A stretch of DNA of 64,000 nt from Lama guanicoe (Eukaryota), in assembly GCA_013239625.1 (NCBI GenBank), contig MU054220.1, forward strand, positions 2,727,374-2,791,373. Direction: 5' to 3'. Under the pieces are notes generated by a model. The model was given only the letters and a program-made list of their open reading frames with translations. It searched no databases and was not told where the DNA came from. Below, one piece after another: positions 10,459-23,840 of this stretch (position 1 is its first letter; each line of letters begins with the position of its first letter). A program made the position numbers and the translations under genes.

Positions 10459-12613
10459 GTAAAATACTATTTTTATTCATTTAATTTTTAAATTAAAATA
10501 ATTTAAAATAAAATGATCATAAAATACTAAAATATAGACTAATACTTAAGTTTTTTAAAAAACTATCTCATCTCTAACAGCAATTATTTTTAGCACATTG
10601 GTCTTCATGTTTTAAGAGTTAAGAAAAAATCTAGTCATTCTATTATAATATAGCTATTATTCCATCTTTGTTACTGCTCTTTTGCTTTAATGTTAGTTGC
10701 TTTGAGTATTTTGGGGAAAAAATGAGAGTTAATACTCTTCATATAGCTTAAATTTCATTTCCACAAGCCGCCTTACTCAAAATCAGAGTTAGTGAGGCTT
10801 TCTGTAGTCTCAAAATTATTAAATATGGCCCAGAACCATTTTTTATTTTCTTATAGTTTATAGTACAGAACATTTGAATACTTAATTCCAGTATGTTCAG
10901 AGTGAGAATTTAGAATACTTTTTAAAAAGCACTTTAAAAGATTTTATTTTTGAAAGAGCTCTTAAAGAAGGTTTAAAAGAACCTTATATAATGATCCATC
11001 AATATTACCTTTTCTTTAAAGTTTCATAGGCATTTTTGACTTGAGCATTTTATTGTCTATCTTTGAAGAGAAATCTCCCTAAAAAGTTACCTCATCTTTG
11101 ATGATTGTATTTATCGTTCAGGTGGTATCTCTTTTGCAGCAATGAGACAGTGGGTCACAGGTGTGGAGACTATATATCACACGTTCTCAGGATTTCTCTT
11201 CTGCATTTGGTTACTCATAGTCTGTTCACAGAACACATAGACCCACTGATGGGTGTGTGTGTATTTTTTTTTAGCTTATTAAACATAGCATTCATACCTC
11301 ATTGTAAAGTTAAATAAAATAGATTCTTGGATTGAAGAATGGTACTGTAGCAGATTGATTTTTGGAAGTGGGAAATAATACCCATTTGTACAAATTTAGC
11401 ACCCAGTGGCTTAACTGTTGTGTTTTTAACAATCCGTTGATTCTGAGAGCTGTCATTAATAGCCACTTAACTCTTGTTTGACGGGCCAACTTCTTTGAGA
11501 AGCTTTTCCATTTTAATTTAAAAAATATATTATAATTTAAATTAGATTTAGGGAACTAAGAGGCAATAGACCTTAGATGAATAGATTATTTTATATTTAA
11601 TGTGGTAACTTATGTTATCAGTAACTGAAATATTATTAGAAAACTTTAGCATTTCTGATATAGCTGGGAATCATGTAACAGAGATATCTTAGTGTGAAGA
11701 ACTTGAGGGGACATTAGGTTGCTGGACAATCTTGTGGGTGATCTCATTAGAGAGGCCTTATATCAAATACTTTCATAAAAAAATAGTACATGGAGAAAAC
11801 ATGAGAGGGAGGATGTATGCCCCGACCCTGTCAGAAGACGAGGCAGGATGAATTGAAGGAATTGTATGTGAAATGATGAAGGAAAAATAGTCTTATTGGG
11901 GTGGTGTTCTGTCAGCTAGTCAGTAGGCTATCCTGCTACATAAACTTTTGAAAACTTTAATTTTGGATTTTTCTCCCACTTGAGTAAAAGGCAAGCATTC
12001 TCAGTGTATCTCATTTAAAATAGTATTCTTTTTTGATTCCCAGCATTTTAGAACTGAGAAGTTGCCCTGTTAGTCAGTGTGTTAATTTGAATGATGTAGT
12101 GTTAAGGCAGTTGCAGCACTGACAGCTTTCAAATCTAGGCTAAAATAACAAATGTACTCTACTAAATAAGGGAGAGGGCATGCAGAGAAAAACCTTTTTT
12201 CATTGATAATGCTGTTAAGCATGCAGTGTGTTCATACTTACAACTTCCATTTTCCTGCTTTTGTCTGATTTAGTGGAACTTTAGGTTTTCTGTCAACTGG
12301 TTCTCTCTTATAAAGAATAACTATTTTGGTAGAAAGGAGTACTATTACAGTACAAGATGCTAAAATATAAAACTTCTTGTAATTTAAAATAAGTGCAAAG
12401 GAGTTACCCTTGTTCTAGTGTTAGCAGCCTACATTTAGGATAAATGCATTAGGTGGTAGTAATATGACTACAGTTTAATGCATGACACATATGATTGGCT
12501 AAATGCTTAAGATTGCTTCATCATTTGTAATACAGTATGCATAAAGTCTTCTTGCTACTATTCTGTTAACAAATGAAATATCTTTCTCACAGATATTTTT
12601 TCTTTCCAATCAG

Positions 12614-12679
12614 AATGCTGATTTAAAGAAACAGCTTCATGAACTTCAAGCCAAAATCACAGCTTTGAGTGAGAAACAG
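12614..12679 (+). CDS. PHF21A: PHF21A coding exon 3 (66 nt): [23 protein letters not shown]-terminal coiled coil
   Basis: Acceptor tttctttccaatcag|; donor CAG|gtaggg; in-frame continuation of PHF21A. Confidence 0.97.
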
Positions 12680-13306
12680 GTAGGGGAAAAAGGAGGGGGG
12701 CATATTTTTAACATTGTGTTCTAAAGATATGTCTGCTCGAGGCTTCTAGGAGAACTGCTATTTTTCCTCATGTGTGAAAATAAGTGTGGGCAGCCAGACT
12801 CAGTTTTAATTTTGTTTGAGCTCTGTTTATCTATTTTTATTTTTGGTTGAAATCAGTCTCTAGAGTATCCCATGGGTATATGTTACTGGCAAATATCTAA
12901 AAGTGCTGTGGCAGGCTGCTCTTAACTGTGTTAATTAAACTCTATAGCTTACCCATAGGGGATCGGGTAAAGAAAGTTAATGGGAGGATGTAATAGAGAA
13001 TCTTATAGTTGCTGGATATGCCTTGTTACCTGTTTTAAAGGCTTGAGATGGAGAGAATGGTAAACAGATTGCTCTAAATGTAGGTCTCCCATTCTGATTG
13101 TCATTCCTTTATGTTAATCTTTATTAGATGTTGACCTACTATTATGTGAAAAAACTTTGGTGAAGCCTTGTTAGATTTATTCTATATAGGCCAAAAAAAA
13201 AAAAAGAACATCTTTTTTTTTTTTTTTTTTTTTTTCAAGGACATCTGGAAAATATTCTTAGGAATTTCTTGTTTAATGACCTCTGCTTCACCAATTCAGA
13301 CAGCTC

Positions 13307-13325
13307 CTGCCACCAGGTGGAGTGT
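13307..13325 (+). promoter_or_regulatory. CTCF-like motif
   Basis: ctgccaccaggtggagtgt compared with the CTCF core CCACCAGGTGGCG. Confidence 0.45.
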
Positions 13326-15359
13326 GACATTTGATAGAGCTATAAGTAAAAGTCTGTGGTAATCTGACAAAGTGTTCTCTGTTCCTTCCCCATCACTCTC
13401 CCTCTGGTTAAAAGGTAGAGGTCTTCTATCTTGGAGTAGGTGAATGTGTGAGCCAAAACGATACAGTGATTTGCCATTTATAGTTCATGCTAGTGACATC
13501 TTACTGAAGATTTTTAGCTATACAGTTCTCAATAATTGATATTTGTGTTGTTTTTTAAACTTTTGTTGAATGACATAACAACAGTGAGAATAATTTATTT
13601 CTGGAGATTTCTGATTGTGTTTGTTTTATATATTGTATTGTACTTTCATTTAACTAAGGGGAGAAGTAAACTTTTGAGAACTCTGTGGAATACATATGAA
13701 TTGTTAATGTTTCAGAAAAGAATCTTCTTCCAAGCTAAGTGAACAATTTTTCAACCCCCTCCTTTTCTAATGCTTCTGCTTTTCCCCATCTTGTCTTCTT
13801 CAGAGACAGGAGGTGTTTTACATTAGGGAATTGCCAAACTAAAATTAAGAGGAGGTAGCATGGTGGAGAACAATTTATAAGGAAAAATATAAACAGAGTT
13901 TTGTTAGGTGTATTTGACTCTGAAAGTGATTCAGTTCTCTAAAGTCAAAATGATGTGTGTTAGTGAAAGTGTTCTAGCTTTAAAATTCTCTTAATGTTGA
14001 GCCTCCTTAGAGTTTCAGGGTTAGTTTGACAAGATGCCAGTGAATGAGTCACTTTGGCTGGAAAATTCACGTGTTTCAGCAGGGAAAGAAGGTGAGAACT
14101 GATGAGAGAAATAGGGGATGGGGGATTCTGTCACAAAGTTAAGGCAACCTAAGGCTACGTTTGGGGGAAAGGGGCAATTTTTAAAAATTTACATGTATTT
14201 GAAATTTTTGTAAGAATTAATGTAAAGATTTGGTTTACTTCTGTAACTTCTAATTCTTTAATTTTTCTTTTGCTAGAAACCTCACTTAATAGAAAATTGC
14301 AAACATTTATGTTCAGTAAGACATTTTATCAAGTGGTGAACTCTGTGACCTGAACTAAGTTTGGATTTTAGAAATCAGAATTTTTAAAAATGGTTTTAAG
14401 CATTTGGAAAACTTTAGGTTACAAAGTAAAGGAAATAAGTATCAGAAACTAAAATGCAGTCTTGCAATTTTTAAAGTATTTGCTTAACTGTTGAAACAAC
14501 CTTTTTGATAGAACAGAAAATATATCATTTTTGGTAGGATAGTATGTGAAGGAAGCACAGATACAAAGTTCAAAATCTGGTCTTTCCTCAGAATTATTTC
14601 CAACATGGAACATTGATATTTTGTTTAAAATAGTTTTTATTTTAGAACAGACGCCTAATGCTGTATGCCCAGCTCTTTGTTTTTCTTTCTCTGAAGATCC
14701 ACTTAGCCTCCGGCAAAACTTACTGATTTTCCTTCTACTTTAATTACTAAAATCTGAATTACCTTACTCACATGACTGATATTTTAATTTAATATTTTTT
14801 GGTTTTGAGAAAAAATCAAATATAGAAAAGTTCAAAGAGCATTGTATTCCAGAATTAACAGCTGTTAACCCTTTGTCGTGTTTGTTTCCATTCTTTTTCT
14901 GTATGTGTTTTTCTATAATCATTTTTCCAGATCCACTTGAAAACTTACAGAAGTAATAAATGCATATGTTCTCTTATTTTGCTTTATTAAAAAAAACATT
15001 GCAGATAGTCACTAATTCTTACAGTAGGCATTTATTAGTTCTTATTTGTTACTGCTACCTCAATATTTACTACTTACTCAGTTTCTTCCTCAAGACCAAT
15101 TATGAAATGGTGCACTCGATTTGGGAAAATACAATCTTTACTGAGCATCCTTCTTGGCTAAAACTCAGCGAATTTCAGTGAATTCTTGTTGAGATTGTTT
15201 CAGTGCTTTCAAACTATAATTTGAGATTTCTGAGTAGAAACTCTCCATGGCAGTTTTTGAAGTCATATTCTTGACCCACAGGGCTTTAATTTGTGGCTGA
15301 CAGTTTTAATTCAGTTTTAACCCCAAACTTGATTGGCTAAATAAATTATATGTTACAAA

Positions 15360-15655
15360 GCCATTAAAAATCATGGTTTCAAAAATATTTTAATGACATA
15401 GGAATGTGCTCAAGATAAAATAAATGAAAAAGCACATGCAACTTCATATGCATTACCATCCCATTTTTGTGTATTGTGTGTATATATGTACGTAGGCATG
15501 TAAATGTGTGTAAAAACAGTGTCAGGTAAAATGTTAGGAGGTGATGAGTTTACTGGTAGGTTTTTTTTTCTTTATATGCTTATGTATATTTCCTACATTC
15601 TCTACAATAAATATGTTTCTATAATCAGAAATAGACAAGAAACATTATTAAAAAA
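15360..15655 (+). mobile_element. Old L1M(E) 3' UTR fragment
   Basis: 'atttaatgacataggaatgtgctcaagataaaataaatgaaaaagc...' L1ME-type tail. Confidence 0.6.
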
Positions 15656-16059
15656 ATTTTTAACACCAAACTCTTTGTCTGTTACAGGGATGGTTAATGT
15701 TTAAAAATGTAGTAACATTCTTCTCATGGTATGTGAACCACTCTAATCAGAGAATCCAACTATTTTCAACACTAGTAATACTGAAGTGTGGAAGCAACTG
15801 TTAATTTTTTTAACAGAGTTCATTCTCATTCTGCACCCCTTTCCTCTCATCTTTGACATACGTGTGTGGTCTTTTGCTTGTCAGAATAGAGATTCTAATA
15901 GTGGGGCCGATACACTGAGTTGCATTAGTGCTCTGCTTTCATTCTAATTCATTTATCATAGAAGCAATCTTAACATCTCAAAGTTTGTTGCTTATATTCC
16001 TTTTGTGACTCAGGCTTAAGCCATAATAGTTTCATCTTTGATTTCCCCTGCCTTGAGGG

Positions 16060-16900
16060 GTTTGCCACACCACCTTCCTTCACCTGGTGCTCTCCTGACC
16101 AGGCATCAGATAGGTTAGGTTGCAGCTTAAAAGTCACTTTCTCAGAGGACCTATCCGTGAAACCCTATCCTCCTGTCAAAATCAACTGTTTCTATTATAA
16201 TCTCTCATTGACCCCTTCATTGAGGCTCCTTCATAGCTGTGCCATTTAGGATTAGGTTCTGCTGTCAGTGATTGAAAACCCAAAATGAAAATGGCTTAAA
16301 CAAGGTAGAATTTTATTTCTGTCTCATGTAGAAGCTGTGTAGGTGTACTAGGGCTGGGGATAGTGGTTCCACAGTGCCACGGAACCCAGGCTCCTCCTGC
16401 TCTTTTGCTCTGCCATTCTCAGCATGAAGCTTCCACATCATAATCCAAAATAGCTGCTCCATCTGGTAAGAAGGGGGAAAGCAAGCCTTTTATTTCTAAG
16501 GATATTTATTGGATGTTGTGCGTACCACTTGCAATTAGATCCCATTGCTCATAACTTGGTCACATGGCCCCAGCTAGGAGCAGGGAAGGCTGGGAAGTAT
16601 AGTCTATTCCAGGTAGCCGTGGGCATATAAAATTCAGGGACTGTAATACTTAGCAGGAAGGGGGAAATAAATATTGTGGATAATTAGCAATTTCTCCCAT
16701 AGTAGTTTATCACAATTTGTAATGACACGTCTGTGATTTTTATTTTTTAGTATCTGTCTTCCTCACCACACTGTTAGTTTCAAGAAGTCAGAGAACATAC
16801 TTTTCTTATTTGCTTCTTTATTTCAAGTATAGTGTTTAGTATAATATTTAGCATAAAATAATATTTAGCACAGAAAAGCATATGTATTTCTTAAATGAAT
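16060..16900 (+). mobile_element. L2 fragment split by an MLT1 LTR
   Basis: L2 text 'cagcttaaaagtcactttctcagagg...cttcatagc' resumes as 'ttatcacaatttgtaat' after the LTR. Confidence 0.6.
16238..16701 (-). mobile_element. ERVL-MaLR solo LTR (MLT1J/I-like)
   Basis: 'tgtgccatttaggattaggttctgctg...atggcttaaacaaggtagaattttatttct...ggtcacatggccccagctag...ggaaggctgggaa'. Confidence 0.75.
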
Positions 16901-16939
16901 TATTTTATCTACCTTATCTTTTTCTCTACTTAAAGATAT

Positions 16940-17800
16940 ATTTTAAAACAATGCATCTTGCTTTTATACATTTTAAACTTAAAATATACTATGAACATTT
17001 TCATACATTTTTGAGTGTTCTTTAGGAACATAATTTTTTAATTGCTTCAAATATTTAATAGTCTGGCTAGATCAAAGCTTATTTAGCTGTTCACTCTATT
17101 ATTTGATGAAGAATGTTTACAGCTTTATGTTATTATAAATACTGCTCTGATAAATACCCTTGTATGTGAATCTGTTCTCTCTCATTGCCTCAGGATACAT
17201 TCTCAGGTGTAAAATTATTGGGTGTATTGGTCATCTATTGCCGTGACAGTTCTGCACAACAAACCAGTGTTTCATTGAGTTACAAGACTAAGGATTTATT
17301 TTCACACTGGGTTGTAGATCACCTGGGTTTCTGATCGCTGCTGGGCTTGGCCAGTTACATCTACTTCAGTTTGTGGGGTGGCTGGCCCTGCCTCAGGCTG
17401 TAGGTAGGGTTAGATCTGCTCTAAATATGTTTCTTCTGAGGCCTATCATGAAGGGGCAGCAGCCACCTGGAGCATACTCATGTCATGGTTTCTCACCAGC
17501 GTGCAAGAAACAGGCCAAACTACCAAAATGCATTTTAAGCCTCTGCTGGCATCAAGTCCCATTAGACAAAAATCATGTGGCTAAGCCTTGTGAAGTTACA
17601 TGACAAAGCATGTGAATGTCTAATTTTATGACAGAGTATGAAGAGTTGAGAGCAATAATCCATCCAATACTCTTGGTCAGAGGGTATTAAAAAAGTTTAC
17701 TGTATTAAAAAAAACCCCACTTTACTACTTATTTCTAAATAGCTTTCAGAAAAAGCTTTATCAGAGTAACAGCATGTATTAGAGTACCTGGTTTTCCTGA
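16940..17800 (-). mobile_element. Antisense L1M fragment split by an MLT1 LTR
   Basis: L1 text 'aaaattattggg' resumes as 'ttggtcagagggtat'. Confidence 0.55.
17223..17672 (-). mobile_element. ERVL-MaLR solo LTR (MLT1H-like)
   Basis: Begins tgtattggtcatctattgccg; ends agagcaataatccatccaatactc; 5-bp TSD ttggg/ttggt. Confidence 0.7.
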
Positions 17801-18269
17801 GGAGATAATCTTGTGGGGGGAGAAGAGCACTTTGCTATTTTGGAAGATGGATTAATATGTATCGGATGCTTATCTGAAGGTATATTTTCATGCCATTTGT
17901 CCATGGTACAGATACTCCATAGTCTTCCATAGAATAGCTTTTGGTTTTAGGTTTTGTTTTTCTTTCACCCATTCCCCTATTTTTCTTATTTCTTTTAAGA
18001 TTGAGGTAGACCCTTTCATAGTCTTTGGTCTTTGCTTTTCTGACTCTATGTTTAAAAATCACAGTCTCTATTCCTTATAGACTGTTTAACCTAATACAGG
18101 ATGAAATATTTTTCTGGGTTTAATAAATAGTTGCCATTTATGGAACCATTCTCATTTTAAATTTGAACATATTTTAGTAAAATGGATTCTGAAGCCTTTG
18201 GGAGAGAAGTTTCTGTTCCTGTCATAACTAATTATGTTTCTGATGCATAGAACAACATAATTTAAGATA

Positions 18270-18720
18270 AGTAGGTGAGTTGAGCAATGGACTGGGTTGT
18301 GTGGGGAGAACATTGAGAGTTTGATTCTGTTCCTTACTCTGTAATACTTATTGATAGATTTTGAGTTATTAAATAATTTAGTATGTCTGTTTCCTTATTT
18401 ATGGAATGTTTAAGTAATGCATCTTAAGAGTTACTGAACATGTATCTATTAAGTGCACTGAATATTTTTGGAGGTGAGTTCTATTTAAATGGGAATTGTT
18501 AGCTTTAGTCATGGTGGTTAACTTCTCATATGTAATACCTTCATCTTATAAGTAGCGTACTACTTTTTTGAGGAGCTTAGAACTTTTCACATTTAACTCA
18601 GTCATGAGTACATCATTGTAATACATAAACTGGGACATAGACTATTTGTGACTTAGCCGTGATTATGTAATTAATTGTATCAGATTCAGGACTAGATTTC
18701 AGATCACTGTACTGTTCATT
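18270..18720. mobile_element. Two MIR fragments in opposite orientations
   Basis: Degenerate MIR core text ('tctgtttccttatttatggaatg'; 'tgtgacttagcc...ggactagatttcagatc'). Confidence 0.45.
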
Positions 18721-20199
18721 CATTTTTATTTAGTATATTATATTCTTAAATTATTCTGTGGACCTTTATCAAATATTTTTTGAAACAGGACATTAGGCAA
18801 AATAATTACATTGCCTTTAAGCTTCACTGCCTTGGAGTCAAGTAAGTAAATTAGTTCTGGAGTCTCATATTGGTAACCTGATACATGACTGTCTCCATCC
18901 TCTGATACCAGTTACCATAGAATGTTACCCTCTCCAAACTACCCATCAAACTAATGTGATTGACATGTCACATTAGAATTTGGAATTGTCATTTTCTTAG
19001 AGATCCTTTGAACTATTTGGGAGTCCAACCTCATCTTTCACCAGACTTTAGGAGTTCCCTAGGATTTAATCTAGTTCATCCTTCCTGTACAAATATTTAT
19101 GTGAAACCATTAGTCCAAATGTTTGCTGAGTTTACTGCTTCTTGTGTACATCAGTTCTTTCTCCCTTGCATCAAATACAGGAAATGTATTATTTCAAATT
19201 TCTCCTGGTGAAATCCTGTTGGCTTATATTCAACCAAAATGAGATGAATGGAAGGGCTTAAATACTGGCCAAGAACATAAAGTTTCTGAATATTGAGAGA
19301 TCATGTGCCTGTGATGTGACTATGGTGCCTGGTGCTGCATTAACTTCTGGGTTTTAACCATAATTTATTCTCGGAGTGATTTTCTGTGGCCTGTAGTTAT
19401 AACCTAGTGGTCAAAGATTTGATTATCTCTTTAATATAGAGAAGCTTGATGAAAGAACTCATATTTTAATAATATTGTGCTATCTTATTGTAGGACATTT
19501 TGCCTGAACATAGTGGAGGAAATCAAGTAAGTTGGTGACTTGTACCAAATGCAGCAATCTGTTTGCTTCATAGATTAGAGTAATCTTCTCAGGTCATCAC
19601 AGTCATTTATTTTTGGTGCTAGTAAATGGAATGACTTTTAAATTCAGTTTGAAATTCTTAGTCCTTGTTATCAGGTATTGCATGTCTTGATACTGGGCTA
19701 CTGAAATCCAGTGTATATTTTTTCTTCTTTACTCATCCCTTACTAAGTGGAAAGCAGTTGCTTCAAGCTATGAAAATCTAATCAAAGCCCAAGTTTGTAT
19801 CCCTATGTTTAGGGATTTTTCACTTTGACTCTTTGGAGAACTTTAACCTAATTCTTGGATGGGAGGTGGTATACACAACAAATGTTCTACAGGGCCTTAG
19901 GCAGTGTAACTCTTGACTCTACTTCTCCACTATGTCAGTGAATTAATTTGTGCTTTTAAATAATCAATTCCCTTTAATTTATTCCCTTCTCCCTAGGGTC
20001 TGTGTTTTTTTCAAATTTCTTTTATGATTCTAGGATTCTGACTCATCTTTCATAACGTTTATTGAAAGTTTTCTGTGGTGAAAGGGCTGGTACTAGGCCC
20101 ACGGAGGATGCCGAGGGTGAAAACCTTACAATGTTACTTCCCTGTGACTAGTCATCACTTACAAGATGTGCAGGCTCATTAGCCCTAACATCTTCGGTG

Positions 20200-20632
20200 G
20201 CTCATTCTTGATTGCCTCTCTTGCATCCTTTCCTGCCATTCATACCCTCTAAGTTCCCTGATGTTGCCTTAATTCACTGGGCTCTCTTAAAACTCCATGT
20301 GTTTGCACGTGCTTCTTTACAGCTGGAATTCTGTTTACTCTTCGCCTGGTGAATTCCTGCATATCCTTTGAAGACTTTGCTACATATCCTTTGAATAAAG
20401 ATCCTGTAAAGCTTTCCTTGACTTCTTTCCACTTTCCAGGCAGAGTTAGATATCCCTCTTCTGTGTACCCATGGTGTTTGTGCCTACCTCTCTCTTATTT
20501 GTACTTATTGCATTGTATTGTAATTATATATTTGTCAGCTCCTCGAGGACAGGGAGTGTGTCTTGCTCTTATTTGTGCCCCTCAAGCCTAGCATGGTAGA
20601 TACGTAACAAGCATTTTTGAATGTATTAATTC
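20200..20632 (+). mobile_element. L2 3' fragment
   Basis: 'gctcctcgaggacagggagtgtgtcttg...gcctagcatggtag...ttttgaatg'. Confidence 0.7.
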
Positions 20633-20919
20633 ATGATGCTTTCAAGAAGCTAGTAGTCTAGTGGGGTGGCCAAGTATGATGGTGTTTTACCATTAAAAGG
20701 AGATTTCCGTTCAAATAGTTCAATTCCTCCTTTTTTGGGGAAAAATATTCTCAATATTGTTTCCTACTTAATGCTTTAAGAACATTCAATAACATTATTA
20801 CCTCTTTTCCAATTCAGAGCAGCTTTATCTTCGTTCCAGGAAAGGAAAACGTCTATGAAGTGAAGTAGCATAAACTAGTAAATGAGTCTGGGTCCGGCAA
20901 TCTGGAAATGTAATATATC

Positions 20920-22180
20920 TAGAAAGAGTTTTCCTCTGCAGTGTTGCTCTATCACTTAGCTCTTTCTGTTGTACCTTCTTTGAGTCCTCTTCAGGTTTCT
21001 TCTCCTGACCTTGTAAAACACGCTTACATCTCTCATAAACAACAACAAAATTCCTTCATTTCTTAATTTCTTCCTGCCATTGCCCTCTCTTTCCTCTCCA
21101 TCCCTTCATTGTTAAACTTACTAAATTATTAAACATTATTAAACTCAGGCTCTATTTGATGTTACTTTTCCTCTGCCTTTTAGTCCTTTATCGGCCTGGA
21201 ATTCTACTGTAATGAACTCACTGAAACTTCTGGTAAGATAATTGCCAAATCTAAAGGAAGTTTTTCACACTTCATCTTACTTGAACTAACTGCAGCATTT
21301 CATCTTAATGACCAGTATCTTCTTCAGAGAACCAAGAGCCTTCCTTTCCTGGTTCTCCTTTTACCTCTTTGAATGCATCTACTCAGTTTCCTTTTCAGGC
21401 AATTCTTCCTCAGCCTACCTTTAAAAATTAATATTCTGTGATATTTTATTCATGTCTTCCTTTTCCCCTAACTCTGTTTTTCCCCAGTGGGTGATATCCT
21501 GCCTTAAACTACCACTGAGTGCCACCACTCCAAACCTTTATTCCTCTTCCTTTCTCTTTCCTGCACTCTGAACAGATGTGCATTTTCAGCTTCTGCTGAC
21601 TGGATGTCCCAAAGCTCTATATTCTCCAAACAGAACTCCAAATCCACCCCTCTTCAAATTCTACTTCTCCTTCTTTCACTTTTTGGTTAATGGTACTCCA
21701 TTCATCCAGTGGCCAAGCAGAAACCTGGAAATTATCATGGACTTCTTTCTCTCTCTCCCTTGGTTTCTCATCCATAATTACCAAGTCCTGTTTATTCAGC
21801 CTTCTCAGTATTTCCCGTACTCTCCTACTCCCTTTCCATGGCGTTGCCTTGCATCCAGTCCCTATCTTTTGAGATCAACCTTTCCACTATTTTCAGGACA
21901 ATCTAAAGTAAAACCCTTGTATGTTGCTTTCCTGCTTGAGATTCTTCAGTCAGTAGCTCACCTTCCCTTGTACTCTAGGAAAAAGTCCAATCTCTTTATG
22001 ATGGCTCAGAAAACCCCGCTAAATTATCTCATCCATGCCTGCCTCTCCACCGAACTCATATGTACCTTTTCTTCCAGACTTGCCACATACACATTTTCTT
22101 GGTTATGCTCTATAGCTTCTTTGACCTGGGATGTTCTTTCCTATCTTCTTTGCTTAGTGCAAACCTTCTGCTTTTTGAGA
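20920..22180 (+). mobile_element. L2 body fragment
   Basis: Pyrimidine-rich L2 text 'tcatcttacttgaactaactgcagcattt...tggatgtccc...atccagtggccaagcagaaacctgg'. Confidence 0.7.
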
Positions 22181-22199
22181 CCATAGGCTCATTTTCAGG

Positions 22200-22900
22200 A
22201 CCATATAGTACAGAAATAGCTGCAGAAGAAAAATTGAAAACAAATAAATGAGGATGCATTAGCAAGTAAATATAAAAGCTATATATTCGTATTGTGAGGT
22301 GCTTAACTGAATAGAAAGATGTTTGGAAGGTGAAGAAAGCAAATTGTAAAACAGATGTACACTATGATTCATTATTTAAAATACAAAATATTTTAAAACC
22401 ATTTTTGTATATATGCATTCATGATCATTTATACTTGGAAATATGTGGGGAAAAGGTCTACACTATCTAGAATCATTTACATGGAGCTGTTAACAGGTTA
22501 CCTCTAAGAAACGGGATTCAAAAGGGGTGACCAAGGAAGCTGGCACTTTTAATTTTGTATATTCTTTTTTTGTTTGTTTTTTAAACTATTGAAGTATAAT
22601 ATAAATACAAAAACTTATACATATATGTATTCATTTATATGTATGTACATATGGCTCAGATATATTTTTACAAACTGAAACACCCAGGTGACTAGCACCC
22701 ATATCAGTGTCTGAACATTACCATCACCACAGAAACTGCTTTGTGCTTTCTTCAGTTCACTGCCCTCCTCCACCAGAGAAACTACTGTTGTGACTTCTGA
22801 CAGCCTAGATTAATTTTGCCTATTTAAAATCAAATAGGGCGTACTATTTTCTGTCTGGCTTATTTTGTTCAGCATTATGTTTAAAAGATTATATCTGTTT
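22200..22900. mobile_element. Old L1 3' fragments (sense ~22200-22570, antisense ~22580-22900)
   Basis: L1M-type UTR text on both strands. Confidence 0.55.
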
Positions 22901-23325
22901 CTTTGGAAGTTTTTTAAAAACTTTAAAAAATAATTATAGAGTCACAGGAAGTTGTCTTTTGAAATTTTAAATCACTGAAGAATAAAAGTGTGTCATCTCC
23001 TGGATATACCCACCCTAAAATTTCTTGGTATTGTTGAATGTGTTCTCTTGTGAATTGATAGTTCCTTGCTCTTGTCACATTTCATTAATTATTTGTTTGT
23101 GTATTTATCTCCCTTCTAGATTGTGAGTCCCTACATACTGTGTTCCTTTCATCCTTAAAACCCAGTGTATGCCTAGTGCTCCACACACAGTGGTACTTAA
23201 ACAATATTTGTCAGAGAAAAGCAGGAGGTTCTATTCTGTGTGTTCTAGGCTCTGCCATGTATTTACTGGTCTGTGTCTATTGAACCTCTGAACTGATTTC
23301 CTCAGCTGTAATATGGGCATATAAT

Positions 23326-23840
23326 TGTGTCAGTTCCTATGCTTTTTAGCTGCACGTAACCGAGCACCCAGCTAAAAGTGGCTAAAACACTAAGTGGACT
23401 TAGTAATTCACATAGTACGTTGCTAGAGTTGTCCAGTTCAGCATCTCAGCAGCACATCAGAACCCATGTTCTGGTCGTCTTTCTGTTCTGCCACCTTAGC
23501 AAGTCAGCAAACATTGCTTGTTGTCACAGTATTGCTGCTGCAGCTCCAGGCTTCATATCCTCCCAGTTCTTATATGTCACTTCTTAAGAGCAAGGAAAAA
23601 CTTAGTTAATAGACTTTCAACAGACATTGCACCTCACTGACTACAGTTTTGTCACATGCCAATGTCTAAAGTAGTGACTGGCAGGAAGAGTGGATCCAAG
23701 AGTGATTTATATCCTGGAGCTGAGGATTCACCTCTCAAACATTCGGAGGCTAGATCCACAAACAATACTAGTTTTTGTTAGCAAGGAAAGAGATGGAGAA
23801 TAATGGATTTTAAAAAGGAGTCAGCAATGTCTGCCTTCAT
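23326..23840 (-). mobile_element. ERVL-MaLR solo LTR (MLT1K/L-like) inserted in a MIR
   Basis: 'tgtgtcagttcctatgctttttagctgcacgtaaccgag...tgtcacatgcc...ttgttagcaaggaaagag...gcaatgtctgcc'; MIR core 'gatttcctcagctgtaatatgggcat' immediately upstream. Confidence 0.7.

Noticed and set aside
21578..22186. 202-aa ORF
   Set aside because: Non-ATG start, lies in a pyrimidine-rich decayed L2, low-complexity F/L/S composition, no recognisable domain
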